The notes below the pieces were generated by a model that saw nothing but the letters and a program-made list of their open reading frames with translations, ran no database searches and was not told the DNA's origin. Below are positions 38,564 through 51,047 of a stretch of DNA of 64,000 nucleotides, piece after piece; within the stretch, counting starts at the first letter, position 1; every line of letters begins with the position of its first letter. The position numbers and the translations under genes are program-made. The stretch is from Saccostrea cucullata (taxonomy: Eukaryota), in contig NW_026941090.1 in assembly GCF_032062105.1 (NCBI RefSeq), positions 434,001 to 498,000 on the forward strand, in the 5' to 3' direction.

Positions 38564-39348
38564 CAGGGATTTATCAGGCTATTTTGGGAAACGCCATTTT
38601 TTGGAAATTGGGAAAAAGTTATCGGCTTTTTAATGAAATTGGGGAAAATATATATATGTTGCTTAAACCATGTATTCACTATTCAGGTTCAATTTATTTA
38701 CTGCAGTAATTTGGGCTACCAATTAACAGACAATTAAATATGATCCAACTTCATTAATCATCATACAAGATCAAGTATGAAAAATAGACTAATAAATATG
38801 CTATGTAAATTTGAATTCAATGAGTATTCATTTCATACAACTTAAGGTAGTATATTTGTATGGCATGATATTCCAATTTAGGTCATGGGAGATCAGGATC
38901 CTCCTTAAGTCCCTGGGGAAATATAATAACCCTCCTGCAAAATAATTCAAACTAAATGCACATTTTCTAAAATATGCATTGAAAATATATTTTTCTGTCT
39001 AAAATAATGCCTTCAGTTTTTACCATTCACTCGTAGATCAATTGAGCTAGTCAAAATAAGTAAATAAACCTATAGAAATACACACTATCACTACTTCAGA
39101 AAAAATCTGAGGAAATTCGGAATAAAAGTTGGCGATGTTTTTAAACATGTGTTAGCTTTGCTAAATGAGTTAAACTGAGGAAAATTACTAATTTACTTGG
39201 TGTTTTTCCAAGGATAATTGAAAAAAGCAATGTTCTGCAATTGGGAAAAAATACTGCCAAATTGGGAAAAATTGAACTCATTTTCAATTGGGAATGGCCC
39301 ACAATGGGGTCGAATTTCGGCCCCTGAGAAGGCACTGATAAATCCCTG
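38564..39348. mobile_element. Non-autonomous DNA transposon with 14-bp TIR and 5-bp TSD (hAT5-like)
   Basis: CAGGGATTTATCAG (38564-38577) and CTGATAAATCCCTG (39335-39348); GCTAC flanks both sides; subterminal ttgggaaa repeats at both ends. Confidence 0.88.
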
Positions 39349-39409
39349 GCTACTCTTTTTTAATAAAAAAAAAAATACATCAAAGTTTCCTTTAAAGAAC
39401 AAAACGGTT

Positions 39410-39938
39410 AATGTGACACGAGATGAACTGTATATATAATATAAACGTGATGACTTTAACTTTTCAATCGTCAACTTTCCTTGCTTATGCAGCAATATAC
39501 CCTTCATCACCTCAATACGGAGTTTATATATTTCAGTTGATTCGATACCAAAGGGCATGTTCTACCTATGAACAATTTCTAAAACGAGGTAAATAATTAA
39601 TAAACAAGTTGATGAAATAAAAATATTAGCAGGCTCGTTTAAAGTCATCATTTTGTAAGTTCTATACAATGACCTTGTCAGCAAATACAATTTATCATAA
39701 AGTAAAATATTGACTGACCTTTTAATACTTATTGTTAGTCAATTATTTATACACTGAATTGACAACGGATTTTTCCGTTATTTCCCAATCATGACAAGGA
39801 GCACATGGCCAGTGTGACCGGTTGGCAGGGTATGCTCACTCCTCCATGGCACCTGATCCCACCTCTGATGTTTTGGATTTTGTACTGTTTTATGGATTTT
39901 TGATCTTGAATACTTCTCGTTATCTCCATATGTTTCAT
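39410..39938 (+). mobile_element. Penelope-like element, 3' part (RT thumb and terminal region)
   Basis: KRDDFNFSIVNFPCLCSNIP, then frameshifted YGVYIFQLIRY..ACSTYEQFLKRG, followed by gtgtgaccgg...ctcctccatggcacctgatcccacctctg...cgttatctccata. Confidence 0.8.
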
Positions 39939-42056
39939 AATTATATATTCCTATATATCTCTTCCTGGAGCATTAATTTTAAGAATTTACAGAGTGAATA
40001 CTATGCGTACAGGTAATCGAGATCTTTAAGTTATGTACACTGCATATTGATGTCAAATGGATCAAAAAAGATCATTGCATGACCAAGGAGATCGTTCAAG
40101 GATTTCACACCTTTCAAGGCATATTATCAAAAAAAGGACAAAACTTGTCTCTTGGTTGTCTCCTTTAGTCTTTCACTGATCACTCTTGGTACCATTTGAT
40201 TTTTTGGTAATCTTCATAGACCTGACAATGATCTCAAATGGTCACAAAAGAGACATTTAGCGAACCCTCGAAGGTTACTTTACAGAAAGCAGTGCAACCA
40301 TTAATCTTTTAATAATATTTTAGTGAACTTTCTTTGCGCGTTTAGACCGCATATTAAGATCACAAAAGATCGAATGAATTTTATATCGACCAAATGTTTT
40401 ACAAACTGTGTAGGCAAAACCATGCATTTTTACGATCTTTGAAAGACTAGTTGGTTAGAAGACACGAGAGACTGGAGATCATGGCTTTATGGTTAAGAGC
40501 GTATTGAAAGATCATTTACACGGTAGCCAAAATTATCAACGGTCGCCGACCTTGTTTAAATGAGATTTGATAATCGTATATATTAAGGAAATCAAAGACC
40601 TACATTGTGAACTGATTACAGAAAATTGCTGACAAAGATGTCTTCGATTGTTGAGATAAAACTTAAGATATTTTTTTCGTTATTTCATTTTTACGTTCAA
40701 ACTGAACAAAAATCTTTCAAATATTAGTTTACTGGTGAGAGCTTGTGCAAGGTCACAGAACATGGTATTCATTGATAAATAGGTATGTATTTCTTTTCTC
40801 AAAAAAGGTATTGATAATTTCCCTTGTCAGGTGAGGAATATGATTGTTTTTTTTTCAGTAAATCGAGTTACATTATCTTTATAATAAAAACTTATCCACA
40901 GGATTTTCAGAGATGTATATTATATTCTTAAAAGTTACTAGTATTTCATTCCATAGTATTCTGGATTGAGAGACTGATGGCTTGATTAGAGGGAGTATAT
41001 TAAAACAGCCATAAATTTCTCAATAGAGAATAATTTCATAGATACCTTGACACATATAGTTTTTAGAAAGACGCAGCATGATAAGATTATGAGACAAGCA
41101 AAAATAAGGAAGTGATGCACGGATATTGGGTTTTAGATTAAGGAAACCTCTGGAAATTTTAAAAAAGTGCTTAACGAAGCTCTACGATGTACATTCACCT
41201 ATGAACTTTATGTGGAATGACGAAGTAACCTAGATATAAGTTTGTGTCACAACACTTGAGCAAGGTTCAAATAAACAGACAATGTAGACCTATGTTTATT
41301 GTTGGAAAAGGAAGCGTCATGAGCAAATATTTTCCACAAAAGCACCGAACATCTGTCCAGATTACATAATTTACGAATATATCAAGTGTATTATAAGTGT
41401 TTTGAAAGTGAAGTGACAAGCGACGTGGAGCGGTGATAACAAATTATAAACAACAATCAAAATACATGACTCTGTGTTCAGCTAATCGTGACTTTGAAAT
41501 AAAGAACGACTTCGCGATTGATTGTAGAGGGATGTTTAACTTAGACTGACAAAAGATAGTAGTTTAAGTACTGTAAGTGCAGAAGAATGTCAACAAAGAA
41601 TTTACAATACCTAAGGACTCTCGTCTCGTGACGACATATTTATGGACGCGCTGTACAGATTTTACAACGGTAAGTGAACTTTCTTTGTGAAGAAGAGCAA
41701 TTAGAAGTACAAGTTTAACGTGTTTAAAAGATAAATTTGAAAACGAATATGTCCGAGAATTCTGGACAGTTTGCCGCTGGGTAGAGCTTAAAGTTACAGA
41801 GTTATACAAGTTCTAAAAATACCCTTGAACTGTATATTTGTATACACTTTTATTAGGCGTTCAAAATGGGAAGAAACAAAAAACCAACAGAAAATTTTAG
41901 AAAGGTTTTAATTTCACAATTTCTAAATGTTAATTGTTCATAATACCAAGGTATTTTGTATAACATGATTATTAATATAATCCATAATTATTACAAAGAC
42001 ATGAAATGGATTTCATCTTTATAATTTTTATTATTTGCAGCTGATGTAGAATACAG

Positions 42057-42598
42057 ATGGATTCAAATGGTACAGGTATGAATGTAACATGGGGAACCAT
42101 GAGTGCTGAATAAAATTACTTTTCTAAACGACAAAAAAAGCACAATTAAATCGTGTAGTTCAGATTTTGCAGGAAATGTAGAGCATCGCAGCAAAGAAAT
42201 TCTCAGTTTCATTTATTATTTTTTCTTTTCATTTTTGAAGAAGACCTCCATCCTTCTTTGCCAGGACATGGAATGAGTCGAATTATCATAACGAACATAA
42301 AAGGTAAAAATGGGAAAGGAGAAATAATTTGATGAATTTAGGAAAGCAGGAAAGGAATATGGGATTAAATCACTGAGATCACAAACATTATTATCCTACT
42401 GAGTACTTTGTTTGGTCAAAACCCTCATGCTTGCTCATCTGCTCAAAGACATAAACAATGAACTTTCTAATTTTTAGGTCACCTGAGTAAACTCAGGTGA
42501 CCTATTGCTATCTGTTTTCGTCCGTCGTCGTACGTCGTACGTCGTACGTCGTTCGTAAACTTTTGAACATTTTCAGCTTCTTCTCTGCAACCACTGAA

Positions 42599-42629
<31 letters not shown>

Positions 42630-42877
42630 TATGGGTGAAAGGGAACAAAAATTGTGAATTTCATTATCCCTGCCCCCCTGGGGCCTGAGGGGTGGGGCCA
42701 AAACCACTAAAATTAATGCAATCTTTGAAAATCTTCTTCTTTACTCCTGGACATCAAGCAGTCAAACTGTTTGCATGATTGTAATCAGCATTGAGTCCTC
42801 TACCAAAATTGTGAAATTCATGGCCCTGGGGTCAGGGGTTCTAGTGCTAGGGCAGGGCTAAATAAGTAGGTAGTGAT

Positions 42878-42909
<32 letters not shown>

Positions 42910-45900
42910 GCTCCTGGGTATTAAATAAACCAACTAAGTAGTTAGTTATGATGAGCAAGAGTGCTTCTACCAAAATTGTGAATTTTATGGTCCCAGGGTC
43001 AGGGGTTCTGGTGTTAGGGCGGGGCTCTCTTGATTATATACATTGAAAATACATGATTTCTTTGAAAATCTTCTTCTCTGCCCTTGGGTATTAAATAAAC
43101 TAACTAAGTGCATAGTTATGATGAGCAAGAGTGCCTTTATCAAAACTGTGAATTTTATGGCCCCAGGGTCAGGGGTTTTGGTAGGGGGGGGGGCTTTATA
43201 GATTATATAGTAAAAATACATGAATTCTTTGAAAATCTTCTTCTCTGCTCCTAGATATTAAATGAATTAACTAAGTGCATAGTTATGATGAGCATGAGTG
43301 CCTCTATAAAAATTGTGAATTTTATGGCCCCAGGGTCAGAGGGGGGGGGGTTATACAAGATTATATAGTAAAAATACATGAATTCTTTGAAAATCTTATT
43401 CTCTGCTCCTGGGTATTACATAAATTAACTAAGTGCATAGTTATGATGAGCATGAGTGCCTCTATCAAAATTGTGAATTTTATGGCCCCAGGGCCAAGAG
43501 TTCTGGTGTTAGGGGGGGGGGGGCTCTATTGATTATATAGTGAAAATACACAAATTCTTTGAAAATCTCCTTCTATGCTCCTAGGTATTAAATAAACTAA
43601 CTAAGTGCAAGTTATGATATGAGTGCCTTACCAAAATTGTGAATTTTATGGCCCCAGGGCCAAGAAGGGGGGGGGGGGCTCTATTGATTATATAGTGAAA
43701 ATACACAAATTCTTTGAAAATTATGCTCCTAGGTATTAATAAACTAACTAAGTGCATAGTTATGATGAGCAAGAGTGCCTCTACCAAAATTGTGAATAAT
43801 TTTATGGTCCCTGGGTCAAGGCTTCTGGTGTTGGGGGGGGGGGGCTTTAGATTATATTTTTATTCTTTGAAAATCTTCTTCTCTGCTCCTAGGTATTAAA
43901 TAAACTGAAGTGCATAGTTAAGATGAGCAAGAGTGCTTTTACCAAAATTGTGAATTTTATGGTCCCAGGGTCAGGGGTTCTGGTGTTAGGGTGGGGCTCT
44001 ATTGATTATATAGTAAAAATACATAAATTCTTTGAAATCTTCTTCTCTGCTCCTAGGTATTAAATAAACTAACTAAGTACATAGTTATGATTAGCAAGAG
44101 TGCCTCTACCAAAATGTGAATTTTATGGTCCCATGGTCAGGGGTTCTGGTGTGTGGGGGTGGGGGGGGGGGGGGCTCTATTGATTATATAGTGAATATAC
44201 ATTAAATCTTTGAAAATTTTCTTCTCTGTCTCTGGGTATGAAGCAGATGAACTACCTAAATAGTTATGATGAGCAAGGGCCCTAATCTTGCAAAATTTTG
44301 AATTTCAAGGCCCCAGGGTCAGGGGTGGATGTGGGGCTCTACTTATATACTGAAAATGAATTAATTGTTTGAAATCTGCTCCTTTGTATTTATAAAACAT
44401 TTATTTATTTTTTGATAGGCAATTTTAAAAGGCCTTTTTAAAATTTGTGCAATGTGTGGACCTAGGGTCAGGGGTTTATTTCACAGTGTTAGGGGCATTA
44501 CTGATTATTGCTGAATATTACTGATTAGTTGGAATGCATTTTTTTTCCCCTACCTTGTGTATGGGTAATACCCCTGCGAGGTGATCATGAATAATTCATG
44601 AATTACCTTGAATTTTTCATGAATTTTATTCATGAAACATGAAACGTTCATGAAGATCCTATGAACTTATTATTGCATATTTAAATCAATAAACCAAGCT
44701 AAGCAACTGCTAAGTGTATTGTTATGATGATCAATGGTGCCTCTTTCAAAATTGTGAATGCCATATAGCATCTGGCTTAAAACATGAATCAAATTCAATA
44801 ACTGGAAAGTTGTTGCAGAATGCTCAGGTGACCTATAAGGCCCGTGGGCCTCTTGTTATTTTTAACATATGGCGTACAGTATGAAAACTATGTAATCTTG
44901 AATGCAACACGCCAACTTCTATGAAATTCAATGGTGTGAAAGAGATACAAACTACAACCTTTTGGAATTTCAGAACCCAAGCTTTTTATAATGGAGGACC
45001 CTGTCTTTATGGCTATTACAGGAGTGATCCTTTTCTTTGGACTTTTGTTTCTAGTGAGGGAAATCATCACTAGGATAAAGGACCGGCAGCACGGCCACCA
45101 TCCTATCAGACGAAGAAGGAGTGGAGGTGAGAAAACAAATTAAAAGCGTAAAGAATTAGATAATATAGTTGCTTTAAAATATATTTTATTCAAATTTATG
45201 AAACCGATTAAAATCAGGCATAAATGCCCATAATCGTTCTCTCGATGACAATACAGTTCAAAGAGAAACTACAAATGAAGGCTACGAAAAACAAACCTGA
45301 GATTAGATTAAAGGCAAAAAAAAAAATGATATACAGCATCGAGTACAATTTCAAAACTACAAATTAAGATAAAAAAAAGCAATATTTGATTAGAATGACA
45401 TATATATGAGGACAAGGAACAGTAATCATGTGAAGGCCATCAAAACAATACAAATTAGGAGTTAAGGAAAGAAAACCACTAAACAAAATATATAGCACGA
45501 AGAAACATTTGAAACTAACAAGTGAAGGTAACAAAACTAAAGGTGAGATTACAGTAAAAGTCACCAAAACAAATAATATACCACGGAGGACCAATGGTTT
45601 AGATGAAGAAAAGAGAGACATCCAATGTTAGATACAGATTTTCCAATAACATTCAGGATTTGTAGGCTATGGTTGAACAGAAAGGACTTAGATCCTGGTA
45701 CATGTACATGAAAAAGAGATCAGATTGAAAATATTAAAACATGATTTTTAAGCCATCATGGGTTTTAAAAAATAGGTGCTTTTCTTTCGCCAGTACTTCT
45801 TAGATTATGCTAACTCGTTAAGCGTCTTCTTTATTAAAAATTGTATGTGGTCAGTATAATTTTACAGATCAAGAGAGCGAACCAGCAGCCTCGCCTTCAT

Positions 45901-46292
45901 CGACGCCATTTTCTGACGACCCTCCGCCATATCCAGGGAAATATTCCAAAACCAACATCAATTATCTCCCTTCATATGACTCCGCAATCAAAATGGCTCC
46001 CGAGTTGCGAATGTGCAATATCAATGAAATGACTCCACCTGCGGAATTTTCTGGTTTTGATGAAAGTGAATATTTAGATTACAGTGATCATATAGGCACC
46101 GCGGAAACAGAAAATGATTCTGTCTCTATCCAAGTGAGCCATGAACTTTTGACAAATCAAGAACGTGAACTTAGAACAATAACAGGTGATCAGCAGGTAC
46201 CTAGTGAAGGAGGTTCGTCACGCCAGACATCTATAAATGTTGATGGATTAACGTTAAATCCTAGAAGTTCAAGTGATGAAGAGAATTTATAA
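42057..46292 (+). CDS. Single-pass membrane protein with PPPY/LPSY motifs, paralog 2, about 198 aa
   Basis: Coding exons 42057-42075, 44974-45126, 45868-46292 (phase 1; 597 nt). MDSNGTEPKLFIMEDP, TM VFMAITGVILFFGLLFLV, then DDPPPYPGKYSKTNINYLPSYDSAI. The ORF track misses most of it. Confidence 0.8.
42471..44857 (+). mobile_element. Intact HINE with ~167-bp internal satellite array, in the first coding intron of PY paralog 2
   Basis: 5' IR aggtcacctgag-taaa-ctcaggtgacct (42476-42503); (CGT/GTAC) microsatellite ~42519-42556; 3' subTIR ctcaggtgacct (44823-44834); hairpin aggcccgtgggcct (44838-44851); T-rich ends. Confidence 0.92.
42640..44400 (+). repeat. About 10 tandem units of ~155-170 bp
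   Basis: caaaattgtgaattttatgg.cccagggtcaggggttct...poly-G...ctctattgattatatagtgaaaatac...tttgaaaatcttcttctctgctcct recurs at ~42800, 42967, 43137, 43304, 43462, 43628, 43781, 43940, 44105 and 44290. Confidence 0.93.
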
Positions 46293-46479
46293 TTATTGCA
46301 ATCATTTTATACAAGAAATATTTAAAAAAAAAAAAAAAAGAACCTACCAACGTTAATCTAATGCTTTTACTTAAATTATTTGCATTATATAGGTTACAAT
46401 TGGGAAACATCGGGATACAGAATAAACAAAAGGAATTGATTATCTCGTTATTTATTTTTCAAATAGTTCCATCATTTTT

Positions 46480-47545
46480 ATACGTAATTTTTACGTCCCC
46501 CTAAACGTACATGTATGGATTTTTTTTAATTTCTGGGTTTTTTATGTATTACTTGTGACAAGACCTTTCTTTGGGTATTAACATATTTGAGTTTTTTTAC
46601 CTTGACTTAAAAGTTTGACTTTTGTAAAAAATAAAATCTGTTTTTTTTACCTTGGCCATATCTTTTTAACAGTCGGTGATAGTTCTTTCATAGTTTTCAG
46701 GTATATAAGAGTTTTAGCAATTTCAAAATTAGAATTAACCTTGGCCATAGCTTTTAAACAGTTAGAACTAGCTTTTTATAGTTCATAGATGTATTTCCCG
46801 TGACAATTTTGACTTTAACCTTGGAATTTGACTTTAAAAAACCTTTGAATTTTTTGATGCCATGTATGTGACATTTATAGATTTCACTTGTATTAATTGT
46901 TGTGACAAAACTTTCCCTTTGGTACTTTTATTTTGAACTTTTGACATTGAGCTTGGAGTTTGGTCCAATTTTAAAAAAAAAAAGCCTTTGCCATAACCTT
47001 TGAACGGTTGGTTCTTTGGCTTCGCGAAACACTGATGCACCCATGTGTCAACTAATGACGAAGGTAGTTTCTCAAACGCAAGTCAAACTCCAAAGTCAAA
47101 ATCAAAAATGTCCCTACCCAAAATGCACTAGTCTCAATGAATATGCATTTGAGGTATGAAAGCCAAGGCACCAACCGTTGAAAAGTCATGACCAAGGTTA
47201 AAGTGCTTTTAAAATTGGGTCCATTTATGATTTTTTCATACCCAAAGAACAGCCTTGTCGCAATTAATATATTTGAAAAGTATGTAAATCATATATCCAA
47301 CTATTTAAAAGTTTTTGCTAAGGTTAAAATTTGATAGTTCTAAATAAAGGTTGCCACATTCCCAGGTCAACGTCAAAAGGTATTCAAATGCATGTAAATA
47401 TCTTTCCCAAGAAATGCACCTGAAAACCATAGCTCCATCCAATCAAAAATTATTGAAAAGGTACAAGTTTTTCGGACAAGTAGATAAACAGACACATAGA
47501 CAGACGGACAGGGCTAACAGTGACATAGTCATGCCAGATATTTTG
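46480..47545. repeat. Old degenerate HINE-like repeat remnants
   Basis: Recurrent tgtgacaa, accttggccata and tttgacttt segments; cagacacatagacagacggacag microsatellite at ~47490. Confidence 0.4.
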
Positions 47546-48834
47546 TACATGTAAGATTTTATTAATATCAAAATACTTTGTGTTATAATTTGTTTGACTT
47601 CGGGCCCTTATTTTCACTAAATTTACAAGGCTTTAATGTAAATCTACACCTCTTAAATTCTTAATTCATAACACTTTAAATAATTAAAATTTTAAACATT
47701 ATATTCAGCTTAGATTCTGTGATTTCTCTTACAGGTAAATATTCATCAACATTTTCAGAGAAAGAATGTATAAACAGTAAACATATACATTGATTTTTTC
47801 TAAAATCTATTCATTTTATGCAGATTCACGGCAAGCCTTTTAATAGTAGACCATTCTAATTGATGACAAAGGCTTAAGCAGTGTATATTGTATTGAGTTG
47901 TGCAGGCCAATCGAAATTTATCAGTTGTCCTCCTTTCAGCACGGAGCGCGAATTGCATAATTCACACGTACGTATACTGTAATTGGAATTGTTGAATAAA
48001 TCTTCGGTGACTGGCACTGGAGCAGAAAATTGGTCACACATACTTGGCCACAGACGAAAACAAAGCTTGTTCTACACTGGAATTGCATTAGGGTGCATTA
48101 TTCTTCATAATATATCACTTCTTGTTTGGGAAAACAAAACAATGTGAAGTGCTTACTTATGTCGACACGTTTTGGGGATATACCCCGAATGAGGGAGTGG
48201 TAACCAGAAACATCTTGTGACTCTCAGTTTAAAATTCTCCCTATTTTTAGAAGTTTGAATTGAGTAATTTATTTGGTGCATTTATATTGACAACTGTTCA
48301 ACTCTACATTTGCATCATGGTATAAAAAGAAGTGTCTACATTAAACAACGGACCAAGGTAAGATTTATTATACATTATGTCCAGAAACCAGAACTTGAGT
48401 TGATTTTGATTTCAGTTTATTTTTAATACCGTATACCCGGTATATATGTTTTGGTTCAAAGAGTGAATACTCAGTTGACATTATACATATTTGTAACATA
48501 GATAATGGAACCATTTTGCTACGAAAAATACAAAGTATGAAAAATTTGCCATTCGGAGAACATATTGGAAAATTGTCAAAAACAGAATATACATGTTTGT
48601 ATTTTTACCTTGAGTATATTACTTTCATTTTTTGTACACATTTAAATATTAAACATTGAAATATTTCTTATTCTTATATTATACAGTAAGCAAATCACAG
48701 CTTCCATTTCTTAATTTTTTTGTCTTTTCTTTTTAGTTTATATGTATTTGTCTTACTCAACTAGCTGACTCTTTGTCCTTGTGTTTTAACTCTGTACCCA
48801 GAATAGTACAGTTTAAGTGTACGAATTATATAAG

Positions 48835-50013
48835 ATGGCAAATATCAGCACAGGTAAGTGATATAAGTATATTATACAAATAATGATTGAATCGATGGCC
48901 TTATTGGTTTTATTGAATGGATTTCTGGTTCCATAAACTTATTCATTTACTGATTCAGAATCGTTGATGCCTAGAGATAATACAACTATGTTTCTCGTGT
49001 CCAGTCATGTTACAGCTGTAATTCCCGATAAGTACCGTGAGTAGATCTGTTGTTCTGACCACTGATTCAGTTATATCTATCTAAAAGCATAAATGTTGCA
49101 TTTGATAAAAATTCAAAATCATGATTGTGAACCAATGTATGTGCTAATATATGTATATACAGTGTATTGTTTTCTTTCAAAAATGTTAACATGTACCCGT
49201 ACAGCATTGTAGTGCTGACTGATTCCTAAATTGTGGGTTTCAAGGATTTTCAGCCTTTATCTAACTTGATGTTAATAAGTTTGAGTTGTAATCTACTTTT
49301 TGAATTTTCAAATTAGCATGATAATTTTGCATTAAATCTTTTCGTTGCTAGGATACCAGACTGACGTAATGGCGGATCCCGTGATTCTTTCCGTCCTGGC
49401 TGGTTTTGGAGCCATTGTGATAATAATGCTCCTCAGGGTGCTTTTCAATAAACTCTCTGGTGAAAGGTCAGGAACGGAGGGCACCAGAATGCAAAGGCTT
49501 CTTAAGTCTGAAGATTATATCACAGTTTTCAAAGAATCTGTTGAATATCACCAAATAAACACACGTCCTAGCTCTTACTTGAGACTACAGAAAATAAAAT
49601 CATAACCAATGAAAATAACTTAATTTGTTATTAGCTTTTAAAAAATAAAGCTTACTAGATATTTGATCCGTGTTGTAGATCGTTCGATATCCTCCATTTC
49701 CTGTTTTGGATACGACGATCCACCACCGCCATATCCTGGAAAATACTCAAAGACAAATGTGAATTATCTCCCTTCATATGACTCCGCCATGAAAATGGAA
49801 CAAGAAAGGCAAGCAATGAATAATTTACCAGAGAGTACGGGTTCGGCAGTATTTTCCATATCCAGCGAAAGTTCCGCTACCTTTCCGAATTCAGCAAACA
49901 ATAATGAAACTCAGAACAGTAATGACGTCATAGACTGTACAACTTCCGTCTCAACGGCGTCGATAAACTGTGAAATAAGAAAACTTGGTGATTCCCCCAC
50001 TGACACTGTGTAA
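48835..50013 (+). CDS. Single-pass membrane protein with PPPY/LPSY motifs, paralog 3, about 155-162 aa
   Basis: Coding exons 48835-48853, 49352-(49459 or 49466), (49679 or 49659)-50013; both donor/acceptor pairs keep frame. MANISTGYQTDVMADP, TM VILSVLAGFGAIVIIMLL, then DDPPPPYPGKYSKTNVNYLPSYDSAM. Confidence 0.78.
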
Positions 50014-51047
50014 CAGACGGGTGAGGAAAGACAGACTACAATAGATTCTTCTCTGCATCCGAACAGCAGCGTTGATTTACATGCATCCTTCAACACACAA
50101 CAACAAATATGAAAAATAAAATTGTTAAATCAAAATATACATGTATTTATACATGTATATGTGTATTTATGTACAATATATGTGTTAGAGTAAGAATTTC
50201 AGGTACCAAAATAATCTTTCTTTTTCTAAACAAAATAAGTTGTCACTTCCAAGCATATTCAGATGAGTATAGAAATTTACAAGAAAAATACATTTAAGTA
50301 TCATTTTAGGAAGTTGATATGAATATTAAGCAATTTGAAACTATAATTTTATAGAATTATCGAACTATCTAACTGTGCATGCGTAATGATAATAATTAAG
50401 GTCAAGTAAATACCAATTTATTCAAGGACCATTTTGCTATTATTATAATATAGTTTACATCATGGATCTTGTAACTTTCATTTCAGTGTTCATTACAACT
50501 GCACTTAAGTAAAGAAAATGTTTGTACCCATCGAATGTTTTATCTGTGAACATGCATTTTTGTCTTTCATTGTCAGTAATTTATATCAAATATGGCAAGT
50601 GATATCTTGAACTGAGAATATTATCAATAAAGAGAAGAAAACTATTGTGTAATAGTACCAAACCATAGCGAACTGTGTGAAGTCCTCTATAACAGGAAAC
50701 ATGGCTGATAGTTTTGAAAATAAATCTGACCACTGTGGGAGGATGGTCAGCTGAGATATTGTTTGTCAATGATAACATTACTTTGACCATTCGGAAAATC
50801 TCGTTGAGATGGATGAATACAGGTCCATATTATCTTGCACTTATCATTTCCGGATAACGCGCACCTGCCCGATGTTACGAAATATATGATAGTTAGAAAA
50901 TGTTCTAACTGTGAAGAAGGGTGGTGAGAAAAGTTTCTAGTTGACACAATGTTTGACAGGTCATTCAAAATATCACGTAAAGGGAGTATTGGAACTATTA
51001 TCTATTTGGAATTTACTGATTGAGGATGAAAATTAAATGTCGCGAAA

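Noticed and set aside
42640-44400. CRISPR-like array, or a repeat protein from the short ORFs in the tandem arrays
   Set aside because: The units are contiguous with no unique spacers, the context is eukaryotic, and the ORFs are broken by poly-G indels.
48308-48328. Octamer (ATTTGCAT) plus TATA as promoter of PY paralog 3
   Set aside because: The nearest donor (~48358) would leave an implausibly short first exon, and such motifs are frequent in AT-rich DNA.
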